Positions 48,014 to 56,471 of a DNA stretch of 64,000 nt are shown one piece after another. Each line of letters opens with the position of its first letter. The stretch's first letter is position 1. The notes below the pieces were generated by a model that saw nothing but the letters and a program-made list of their open reading frames with translations, ran no database searches and was not told the origin of the DNA. This stretch comes from Thermoanaerobaculia bacterium. Lineage in GTDB: Bacteria; Acidobacteriota; Thermoanaerobaculia; Multivoradales; Multivoraceae. The position numbers were made by a program, and so were the translations under genes. The DNA lies in contig OY762911.1 of NCBI GenBank assembly GCA_963666565.1, positions 3,648,001-3,712,000 of the forward strand. Direction: 5' to 3'.

Positions 48014-49003
48014 GTGTCAACAAGCAGCAGCAATGCGACGGTCAGCCTGACGGACGGACCGATAGTCCTCGGGAACGGCATCGCCGGCGAGACGATCCCC
48101 ATCCCGACCGCCGATCCAACAGGCTTCCACCAGGCGATCTCCGAGCCGGACGCCATGCCGGCCACCGAGATCCTCGGCAGCCTGTTCGTGCCGCCCGGAG
48201 AGGGTCCGTGGCCCGTGGTGATCGTCGTGCCCGGGAGCCTGGGGGTCGCGCCGTCGCACGTCGCCAAGGCGGACCTGCTGACGGAGGCCGGCATCGCCTG
48301 TTGCGTGATCGACCCCTTCGGCACCCGCGGCGTGACCTCGACCGTCGCCAACCAGGCGCAGTACTCCTTCGCCGCCAGTGCCTGGGACGTGCTCGCAACC
48401 GCCACGGTGCTGGCCCGACGAGACGACATCGACGCCGCGCGCATCGGCGCCCAGGGTCACAGCCGCGGCGGGTCGGCCGTGCTGTCCGCCGCCTGCCTGG
48501 CGCCTCTGGTCGGCCCTGAACGGGCTCCCGACCTCGCCGCCGTGTACGCCGCGTACCCGTGGTCGGGCTTCCAGTTCCTGCGGCCGGACGTGGGGCGCAC
48601 CGTCGTGCGCTCCGTCATCGGCGACCTGGACGAGTGGTGCTTGCCGCTCCAGGTCCAGGCCCACATGCACGCGATGACCCTCTGCGGATGCGACGCCAGT
48701 TTCCGGCTCTTCCCCGACACGCACCACAGCTTCGACCGCGACACGCCGGTGGAACCGGTCCCCGACGCATCGACAAGTCCTGGGGCGCCGACGATCTACA
48801 TCCGCGAAGACGGCGCCCTCGTGCATCCGGTGACCGGCAAGGCCGACCCGGTCTTCACCGAGCGCGACGCGATGATCTACCAGGTCAAGTCGCCGTACGG
48901 CCGCAGAGGCGCCCGGATCGGCACCGCCGGCGACCAGGCGAGGGCGTTCCACGAGGACATGATGGCGTTCTGGACGGCCGCGCTCTCAGTCGCCCGCGTC
49001 TGA
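48014..49003 (+). CDS. Dienelactone-hydrolase-like alpha/beta hydrolase
   Basis: GPWPVVIVVPGS, IDAARIGAQGHSRGG nucleophile elbow, GDLDEW, HHSFD; AAGGAGG RBS. Confidence 0.88.
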   Translation: MSTSSSNATVSLTDGPIVLGNGIAGETIPIPTADPTGFHQAISEPDAMPATEILGSLFVPPGEGPWPVVIVVPGSLGVAPSHVAKADLLTEAGIACCVIDPFGTRGVTSTVANQAQYSFAASAWDVLATATVLARRDDIDAARIGAQGHSRGGSAVLSAACLAPLVGPERAPDLAAVYAAYPWSGFQFLRPDVGRTVVRSVIGDLDEWCLPLQVQAHMHAMTLCGCDASFRLFPDTHHSFDRDTPVEPVPDASTSPGAPTIYIREDGALVHPVTGKADPVFTERDAMIYQVKSPYGRRGARIGTAGDQARAFHEDMMAFWTAALSVARV

Positions 49004-49025
49004 GAAGCCCGGCGCCCTCCATGTA

Positions 49026-49050
49026 GCGCCGGTTCGGGCCGTACCGGCGC
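49026..49050. terminator. GC-rich hairpin between convergent genes
   Basis: Perfect 8-bp stem GCGCCGGT/ACCGGCGC with a 9-nt loop; no U-tract. Confidence 0.3.
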
Positions 49051-49128
49051 CTCAGCCGATGTCGCGGGCGACAGGGACACGGCCAGCGGCTGGCGCTCCG
49101 TTTCCTGGCGCCGGTCGACAGTAGAGCG

Positions 49129-51153
49129 TCACGCGGGTACTTCCCGTAGTTGCTCGACGATCCGGAACCTCAGCTTCGCGCGAGGCTTCATGTTCGGGAT
49201 GGGGTTGAACTGAAGCCGGTAGTCCTTGGGAACGAGTTCGAATCTGAAGTGGCGGGCGATCATCAGGACGTTGATCGCCAGTTGCAGCTCTGTCTGTCGA
49301 AAACCGAGACACCTGTGCGTGCCCAGGCCGTAGGGCGCGTAGCCGGGAGTGCGGTGCTCCGCCCGATCCGGCAGGTAGCGGTCGATGTCGAAGGAGTGGG
49401 GGTCCGGGAAGACCTCCTCCATGTAGTGCGGCGCGGTCGAAGCGATGAAGAGCCTTGAACCGACCGGGATCTCGTGGTCCTCGATCACGCAGGCGTTCAT
49501 CACGTTCCGGATCGCCATGGGGACGACCGGGTACATCCGGAGGGTTTCCATGAGGAAACGGTGCGTGACGTCGATAGTGGAGGAGTTGATGGCCTGACCG
49601 TCCGGATCGCCGTTCTCGAAGAGTGCGTCGGCTTCGGCACGGATCTGCTCCCGCAGTTCCGGCTGCGTCGTCATGGCGTAGAGCGCGAAGCTGATTGCGT
49701 CGCCCACGTAGACGCTGGCAACCAGAGCCGCGGAGAGCTGGAAGCGCAGCGTGGTTTCCGGCACGAACTGCGGGTCGCTCGCGTGGAGCCCGAGCCAGTC
49801 GTCCGCCAGATCGCGCGGCTGGTCGATCCGCTGGGCCGGAGTGTGTGAGATCTGGATGCGTTCCAGGAGCCTGTCGACGGCCCTGGCCTTGCGCTTCATG
49901 CCGGGCGTGTTCATCATCATCTTCGGCAGGGCCCGCATGATGTGAACGGCCAGGGCGCGCTCCTTGTAGGCGACCAGTTCCCCGATGAGGTCCTGCGAGT
50001 CCACTCCGATGGTGAGTGGAGAGAGTTGCGCGTTGACCAGGAGACGGCAGGACCGGACCGGTATGACGTCGCCCACCTTCCAGTCCGCGAGGTACGTTCG
50101 AAGATATGCGTAGAGCCGATCGAGCTGTCCGGCGAGCCTGCCGCGTGAGTATCCGGGCGACATGGCCTTGCGGAGTCGAAAGTGATCGGCGCCGTCCAGG
50201 GAAGGCATGACGCCGGACGCGCCGTAGACCTTCTCGAAGTCGCTGAAGTAGTCCTTCGTTCTCAGGTGCGTGCGCCCGCGCTTGTTGACCCACTGATTTA
50301 CCTCGGTTCCCGCCAAGCAGATCATGCGCTCGCCGATGGGCGGGCGGAGCTCGAAGACGGGCCCGAACTCTTCGGCAAGACTGGCGAAGAGGGCCGGAAT
50401 GTTGCCGTCGCGGGCGTACTGGTTGCGCAGCAACTTCCGTAATGGAATGCCCGGCATCTTCTTCGTCAGGGCCGAGTGTCGGCGGATCGGCTCCGCGATG
50501 TTCTGGGCAACCGCTTCGGCGATCGAACGCCCGATCAGGTCCATCCTGCAGACCAGCGCGATCCGTTCCTCGACGTCTTCGTCGATCTGGAATATGAAGC
50601 GCAGAACGTCGCAGGCGTCGACGATGGAGAGAACGATGATGTCTCGCGGATCGGGGATTTCGTCGTTGAAGATGACGTCGGCGATCCGGTCCCGAATGAA
50701 CTGGGTCGCGGTGCCTTCTTCGGATTGGCCGTGCGCGTCCGCCTGCCAGCCGGTCCGCGGAAGGGTCCAGAAGTCGCCGTCGTGGTACTGGAGGACGTTC
50801 CGCTTCACGAGGCGGTCGAGGGTGAGGTCGATGACGGTCTCGGCCTGCGGCGCGAGACGTTCGATCCAGTAGCGGGCCGTCTGCTGGTTCGCCGCCTCGG
50901 CCAGTTCCCCGAGAATCGGATCGAGAGCCGGGTCTCCCGTTTCCGTCGCGTCGACGAGATAGAGAGCTTCCGGGTCCGTGTCGATGCGCGACTGAAGGGA
51001 GAGCTCGGCGAGAACCGCGCCGGCAACCGCGCAGTGCAGGTGCCAGCCGGGTACTTGATGGAACCAGCCGTTCTCCTCGTTGAGGAGCATCAGGATCAAC
51101 TCGTCCGTGAGAGTCAGCCCCTGGCTCGCGAGACCTGCGGAGGTGGGAGTCAT
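49129..51153 (-). CDS. GPP34 (GOLPH3/Vps74-like) domain fused to cytochrome P450, copy 1
   Basis: N-terminal LTLTDELILMLL..AGAVLAELSL..TGDPALDPIL..LVKRNVL..IRDRI..PDPRD; P450 ETLR, FDIDRY, YAPYGLGTHRCLG. Confidence 0.88.
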   Translation of the reverse strand: MTPTSAGLASQGLTLTDELILMLLNEENGWFHQVPGWHLHCAVAGAVLAELSLQSRIDTDPEALYLVDATETGDPALDPILGELAEAANQQTARYWIERLAPQAETVIDLTLDRLVKRNVLQYHDGDFWTLPRTGWQADAHGQSEEGTATQFIRDRIADVIFNDEIPDPRDIIVLSIVDACDVLRFIFQIDEDVEERIALVCRMDLIGRSIAEAVAQNIAEPIRRHSALTKKMPGIPLRKLLRNQYARDGNIPALFASLAEEFGPVFELRPPIGERMICLAGTEVNQWVNKRGRTHLRTKDYFSDFEKVYGASGVMPSLDGADHFRLRKAMSPGYSRGRLAGQLDRLYAYLRTYLADWKVGDVIPVRSCRLLVNAQLSPLTIGVDSQDLIGELVAYKERALAVHIMRALPKMMMNTPGMKRKARAVDRLLERIQISHTPAQRIDQPRDLADDWLGLHASDPQFVPETTLRFQLSAALVASVYVGDAISFALYAMTTQPELREQIRAEADALFENGDPDGQAINSSTIDVTHRFLMETLRMYPVVPMAIRNVMNACVIEDHEIPVGSRLFIASTAPHYMEEVFPDPHSFDIDRYLPDRAEHRTPGYAPYGLGTHRCLGFRQTELQLAINVLMIARHFRFELVPKDYRLQFNPIPNMKPRAKLRFRIVEQLREVPA

Positions 51154-51179
51154 GCGTGTGACCTTGTCGTCGGGCAGCC

Positions 51180-54100
51180 TTATGCGGCCTCAAGGGCAGG
51201 GCCGGGCGCCCGGCGCCGAGAGGTCAATCGCAGGTGAATCGTGTACAGAGCCGGTACGAGCAGCATCAGAAGAGAGGTCGTGATGGCGATGCCGCAGCCA
51301 AGCGAGGCGGCGAACGGGACGAGGAACTGTGCCTGGATCGACGGCTCGAGAATCAGGGGCGTGAAGCCGAGAAACGAGGTCAGGGACGTCAGCATGATGG
51401 GACGGAAGCGGCCCTTGGCACCTTCAACAATCGCGTCTCGCGCGGAGAATCCCTCCCGGAGTTCCTGATCGATGAAGTCGATCATCACGAGGGAGTCGTT
51501 CACGACGACCCCCGCGAGGCCGAAGAACGCCATGAAGGAGACCGCGCTCAAGGGGATCCCGAGGAACAGGTGACCCAGGATCACGCCGATGAACCCGAAC
51601 GGGATCACGGCCATGACGAGGAACGGCTTGGTGTAGGAGCGGAGGGGGATCGCCAGCAAGGCAAAGATCATGAGCAGGGCGATCGCAAACCCGCGATAGA
51701 GGGCGCCCAGGGAATCGAGCTGCTGCTGCTGCTCGCCCCCGAAGCTGTAGGTCAGGTTCGGATCGGCGCTCGTCAGTTCCTTGAGAATGACGTCCTCCAG
51801 AATGTCGTTCGCCTCCCCGCCTGAGATGACGGTTGGGTCCACATCCGCGGTAACCGTGACGACACGCTGGCCGTCCTTGCGTCTGGCGGCGGGCGGCGAC
51901 ATGCCTGAGCTCAGGGAAGCGACCCGACTCAGCGGTACTTCGGCCCCGCCGGGCGTGCGGAGGAGGTACCCCTCGACGTCGGTGACCGCGTTGCGATCGA
52001 CTTCGGGCAGACGCACATAGACCCGGACCTCTTCCCGGCCTCGCTGAACCCGCAACGCCTCTTCACCGAAGAACGCGGCTCGTGTCTGCGAAGCCAGATC
52101 GTCGAGGGTAAGACCGAGGGTTCGCGCTTCCGGCAGCAGCTCGAGCTGGAGTTCCGGGACGCCCGGTGTGTGATCCGAGCGGATGTCGAAGACCCCTCCC
52201 ACCGCACGGAGTTCATTGACGACGGAATCGGCGATCTCAGCCAGGCGCTCGGGATCGGGGTGGGACAGCACCGCCTCGACGGGGTTCCCCAGGTCGATGA
52301 TTTCGCCGCTGAAGGTGACGCCGCGAACGTAGGGCGGAACTCCCGCCTCTTCGCGCCATGCCTGAACGACATCTCCGCTGGTGATCTGCCGTTGCCGGGC
52401 ACCCAGCAGCTTGAAGTCGATCGTGGCGATGTTGGCTTCGGGATTCAGGGTCGGCTCCGGATTGAGTCCGCCGCCCTCGATTCGCGGCCGGTGTCCGACG
52501 GTTACGGTGACTCCGGAGAGCAGCGGAGGCGCATCGTCCGGTCGATCCCGGGAGAGTCGGTCGATCGCGCGGTGGCCGGCCGCCTCCAGTTCCCGGGCCA
52601 CCTCGTACGTCCGCTGCGCGGTCGTTCCGTCGGGCATCTCCAGGCTGGCGGTGGCGAAGTCGCCCTCGACGTTCTCCGCGAAGGTGGCAGGTACGATGCC
52701 GGCCGGTACCAGGGCAACGCAGATCACGAGCAGTCCGACGCCTCCCGCGATCGTCACCCCGGGGTAAGCCGTCGCGAAACGGAGGCCATGGTCCAGGGGC
52801 CCTTGCAGGAACCGGTTCAGCGCGCGATCCACGCCGCCCTGGATCCGTGCCGCGACCCGATCGACGGGGCCGGTCGGCTTCCACTCCGGACCGTGCAGGT
52901 GAGACAGGTGGCGGGGCAGCACCAGCGTCGATTCGACCAGGGAAAACAGCAGCATGGCGATCACGATGATCGGCAGCGCCCCCCAGACCTCGCCGATTCC
53001 ACCGGGGATGAAGAGCAGGGGGATGAACGCCACGACCGATGTGAGCACGGCGAAGGTCAACGGCACCAGGATGCGTCGCGTGCCGCGGATCGCAGCGGTG
53101 AGCCCCGGCGTGCCCCGCATGCGTTCGTAGTGGATGTACTCGGCGACGACGATCGCGTCGTCGACGACGATGCCGATGGCGAGGACGAAGGAGAACAGGG
53201 AGATGGCGTTGATCGCCAAGTCGAGCGCAAGCATGACGGCGAGTGCGCCGATGCCCGAAACGGCGAGGCCGACGGCGACCCAGAAGGCGATCCGGAGTTC
53301 GAGAAACAGACCGAGCGCGATGAGGACCAGCAAGAGACCCAGCGCGCCGTTCTTGAGGAGGATGCTCGCGCGCTCCGTGTAGGCATCGGACTCGTCATTC
53401 CAGACGGTCACTCCCAGGCCGTCCGGAAGCGAGGGAGTCAACTCGTTCTCCACGTACGCCAGGACGGCGTTGGCAACGCCCATCGCGTGCTCGTCTTCGG
53501 CTCTAAAGACCTCGATGAAGGCGGCGGGCTTGTCTTGGTGCCGGACGATCAGGTCGGCATTCTGAAAGCCGTCGTGGACCTCGGCGACATCCCCCAGGCG
53601 GACCGCCGTGCCGTCGCTCTTGCTGAGGAGGATGATGTCCTCGAAGTCCTGTTGCTCGTAGCGTTGGCCGAGAGTCCGTACCCGGACCTGCGATTCCCGT
53701 GTTTCGATGCTGCCCGCGGACAACTCCAGGGAACTGCGGCGAATCGGCGTGGCTACGTCACCGAGTGTGAGTCCGAGGGCTCTCAACCGCCGGAGTGGTA
53801 CTTCAACCGAGATTTCGTAGTTCCGCACGCCGCTGATGTCGACCTGGGAAACCCCGGGAAGCGAAGTGAGTTGATCCTCGATCTGGTAGGCGAGTTCCTT
53901 CAGGGATCGCTCGGAGACATCGCCGTAGAGGACGAGCCGGATCATGCTCTGGCGGTTCGTCATCTCCCGGAACAGGGGACGTTCGGCGCCGCCCGGGAAC
54001 GACTGGATGCGACCGACGGCGGACTCGATTTCGTCCTGCGCCTTGGCCATGTCCGTACCCGACTTCATCTCGACCCTGACGGATGCCATGCCGGGAGCCG

Positions 54101-54383
54101 CCACGGACTTGACCGCCTTCACGTCTTCCAGACCGCTGACCTCGTCCTCGATCTTGACGACGATGGACTCCTCCACCTCCTCCGGGGTCGCACCGGGGTA
54201 GGCCATCGTGACTTCGATGTGGTTAAAGGGGACGGTGGGCCACGCCTCCCGTTCGAGACCGGTCAGCGCCACGAGCCCCGCGGCGATGATGGCCCACATC
54301 AGCAGGTTGGCGGCAACACCGTTGCTCGCCATGTAGGTGATCGGTCCGGGCCGTTCGCCGTGGCTGCCGTCGTGGGAATTCAC
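51180..54383 (-). CDS. RND efflux permease (AcrB/AcrD/AcrF family), copy 1
   Basis: YPGATPEEVEESI, GIVVDDAIVVAE, GVVVNDSLVM, RFRPIMLTS; 1067 aa. Confidence 0.95.
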   Translation of the reverse strand: MNSHDGSHGERPGPITYMASNGVAANLLMWAIIAAGLVALTGLEREAWPTVPFNHIEVTMAYPGATPEEVEESIVVKIEDEVSGLEDVKAVKSVAAPGMASVRVEMKSGTDMAKAQDEIESAVGRIQSFPGGAERPLFREMTNRQSMIRLVLYGDVSERSLKELAYQIEDQLTSLPGVSQVDISGVRNYEISVEVPLRRLRALGLTLGDVATPIRRSSLELSAGSIETRESQVRVRTLGQRYEQQDFEDIILLSKSDGTAVRLGDVAEVHDGFQNADLIVRHQDKPAAFIEVFRAEDEHAMGVANAVLAYVENELTPSLPDGLGVTVWNDESDAYTERASILLKNGALGLLLVLIALGLFLELRIAFWVAVGLAVSGIGALAVMLALDLAINAISLFSFVLAIGIVVDDAIVVAEYIHYERMRGTPGLTAAIRGTRRILVPLTFAVLTSVVAFIPLLFIPGGIGEVWGALPIIVIAMLLFSLVESTLVLPRHLSHLHGPEWKPTGPVDRVAARIQGGVDRALNRFLQGPLDHGLRFATAYPGVTIAGGVGLLVICVALVPAGIVPATFAENVEGDFATASLEMPDGTTAQRTYEVARELEAAGHRAIDRLSRDRPDDAPPLLSGVTVTVGHRPRIEGGGLNPEPTLNPEANIATIDFKLLGARQRQITSGDVVQAWREEAGVPPYVRGVTFSGEIIDLGNPVEAVLSHPDPERLAEIADSVVNELRAVGGVFDIRSDHTPGVPELQLELLPEARTLGLTLDDLASQTRAAFFGEEALRVQRGREEVRVYVRLPEVDRNAVTDVEGYLLRTPGGAEVPLSRVASLSSGMSPPAARRKDGQRVVTVTADVDPTVISGGEANDILEDVILKELTSADPNLTYSFGGEQQQQLDSLGALYRGFAIALLMIFALLAIPLRSYTKPFLVMAVIPFGFIGVILGHLFLGIPLSAVSFMAFFGLAGVVVNDSLVMIDFIDQELREGFSARDAIVEGAKGRFRPIMLTSLTSFLGFTPLILEPSIQAQFLVPFAASLGCGIAITTSLLMLLVPALYTIHLRLTSRRRAPGPALEAA

Positions 54384-54460
54384 TTGTGTTCCATGGGCTT
54401 ATGAAAGTAGCCGCTCTCCTCGTTGAGAAGCAGCAGGATCAGCTCGTAAGCCAGGTTCAC
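54380..54460 (-). pseudogene. 26-aa remnant of a third GPP34(-P450) gene
   Basis: VNLAYELILLLLNEESGYFHKPMEHK* aligns with LTDELILMLLNEENGWFH (copy 1) and FAEQLLLLLHSQDTGYF (copy 2); GTGA overlaps at both ends. Confidence 0.75.
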
Positions 54461-54816
54461 GGCTGCCCCCAGTTGGCGCCTTGCGACTCCGAAGCCCCCG
54501 TTCGGGTTCGTACGACGAGCCAGGGGTCTCCCGGACGGAGTCCGGTTATGTCGGCGCGGTAACCGGCATGCGGCGCGAAACGGCGGCTTCCGGGCGTTCC
54601 GGCTCGCCAGCGGTAGAAGAGAGGTTTGCGGGGCGACATCCGCTCGACCCAGGCCGGCACGGTTCCGGCCCGCGACGGACCGGCGGATGCCGGAGCGTCG
54701 TGAGTGGCCGGGCCTGTCCCCATTTCGTCCACGCGAAGCCACGGCGCACGAAAGCCCACCGACGGCCTGCGTGGCACCTGTCGGATAATGGCAACGATGA
54801 GCAGCAGCCATGTCAT
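54457..54816 (-). CDS. Hypothetical protein or decayed gene at the head of the RND-1 operon
   Basis: MTWLLLIVAIIR.. after an AGGGG RBS-like site; its stop overlaps the next start; no recognisable domain. Confidence 0.3.
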   Translation of the reverse strand: MTWLLLIVAIIRQVPRRPSVGFRAPWLRVDEMGTGPATHDAPASAGPSRAGTVPAWVERMSPRKPLFYRWRAGTPGSRRFAPHAGYRADITGLRPGDPWLVVRTRTGASESQGANWGQP

Positions 54817-55360
54817 GCGAGTACCACCCCTGAGTGTCCGTAACTCGCGCAAGCGGACGCCACGATGATTACACAAATCGGAGGTTGTAGTCTCGAAGCA
54901 GACACGGAGGCTCTCACGGCGATAGAGGACTGTCAAGCCTCAGCACCGGCGAGCAGTCGGCGAGCTCTCAACCAGTCGGTCCCGGGAGAATCTGGCTACT
55001 CGTGCCAGTGGCGAACTCGTGGCGGTACCAGAGACAGCCGTGTACAAAGCAGATCAGCTGGAGGCGCTGACTCTCTGAGGAGCGACCACAATGGGGACGT
55101 CGGTGCTTCAGCCAGCGGCAGAGCACCTTCAGGTGGCGGCGCACAGCCGCCATTCAGAAGCGGCGAAAGCGCCAAGGCTCAGCGCGGCAGGAGTCCAGCC
55201 GGCGAAGGCACCGGCGCAGCCGGTGCCGCCACGCAAGCCCCGTCGCCGGCGAGGAACCTCTTACGGAACAACCTCGCCGGGCTGGTCTCGGCGGGGATCA
55301 TCACGCCGTTCGCCGTGTACGAGTGGCTCTGCCCGCGCGCGGTCCCCAGCGTGACCGAGA

Positions 55361-55747
55361 ACGTAAGCTGGCTGGCCCAGCAATCCAGGGTAGCGAAGGA
55401 GCGCGGTCAAGTGTCAACAAGCCCTCTGCGGATGTGACGCCAGTTTCCGACTCTTCCCCGACACGCACCACAGCTTCGACCGCGACACGCCCGTGGAACT
55501 GGTTCCCGACGCATCCGTCAGTCCGGGGTCTCCGACGATCTACATCGGCGACGACGGCCACTTCGTGCATCCGGTGACCGGCGAGGCCGATCCCGGCTTC
55601 ACCGAACGCGACGCGATGATCTACCAGGTCAAGTCGCCCTACGGCCGCAGCGGCGCCCGAATCGGCACCGCCGGTGACCAGGCACGTGCGTTCCACGAGG
55701 ACATGATGACGTTCTGGACCGATGCGCTGTCAGTCGCCCACGTCTGA
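55361..55747 (+). pseudogene. Internally deleted paralogue of the hydrolase at 48014-49003, with its upstream region
   Basis: 55361-55422 resembles 47966-48025 (ACGTAAGCTGGCTGGCCCA..GTGTCAACAAGC) and joins directly to 55423-55747, which resembles 48679-49003. About 653 bp are missing, causing a frameshift. Confidence 0.9.
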
Positions 55748-55760
55748 CTCGACCTGGGCC

Positions 55761-56159
55761 TCAAAGCAACGGGTGCGCTTCGGCGCGCGCCGCAGCCGCA
55801 AGCGCGTTGTCCAGCGTCGCAAGGGGCGCGCCCGCGCGCAGCGCCAGCTCGAGGTAGAGAGCATCGTAGACCGAGACTCCACGCGCTCTGGCCAGCGTGA
55901 ACGCCGCATCGAAGCTCGGCGCCGAGTCGGTACGCACGGGCAGCCCGCCGACCTGGCGCAGCCGGGAATCCACGTCCTCCGGGCGCAGCCGGCGGCGGCG
56001 TTCGGCCCCGAGGAGCGCGCTTCTCACTTCCACGTGCCAGACCACCGGAACCAGGGCGGTCTCAACGCCAAGTCGCTCGAGCGGCGCTTCCGTACGCGGC
56101 TCGTCCTCGTCGTCGAGGAGCCACGCAACCGCGACCGAGGCATCGAGAACGAAGCTCAC
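55761..56159 (-). CDS. vapC: VapC/PIN-domain toxin
   Basis: GTG start: MSFVLDASVAVAW..WHVEV..SVYDALYLELA..LATLD. Confidence 0.88.
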   Translation of the reverse strand: MSFVLDASVAVAWLLDDEDEPRTEAPLERLGVETALVPVVWHVEVRSALLGAERRRRLRPEDVDSRLRQVGGLPVRTDSAPSFDAAFTLARARGVSVYDALYLELALRAGAPLATLDNALAAAARAEAHPLL

Positions 56160-56323
56160 CGGTGTCGCCCCTCCCGGATGAGATCGAGCACCTCTTCCGT
56201 CATCATTCCGACACGCGGCCGCCGTGCCCGCCAAGCTCGAAACCTCTCCGCAGCCGCGCGGTCGGCGTCCCGGCGATGGTCGGGCGGCGGAGCCAGGTTC
56301 GCGACGGTCCTGCCGCGGCGGGT
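56156..56323 (-). pseudogene. Phd/YefM antitoxin, 5'-truncated
   Basis: TRRGRTVANLAPP...EEVLDLIREGRHR* overlaps the vapC start; the N-terminal Phd helix and start codon are not found. Confidence 0.65.
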
Positions 56324-56471
56324 CGCGGCACCGCCGCGGCAACACAGACGGCGGGGTGGAGATCCGGGATGGTCGCCCGGCGCAGTCGGCCCGCGACGAC
56401 CGCGTCCGCGCCGGCCGAGCCGGCGCCGTCGCGCTAGAATCGCCGAACCGTCTCCAGAATCTCCGGATACA

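Noticed and set aside
54865-55360. ORFs 54865-55437 and 55091-55354, including the NNLAGLVSAGIITPFAVYEWL segment
   Set aside because: Possibly a membrane-protein scrap, but no family is recognisable and no IS ends or RNA structure could be supported.
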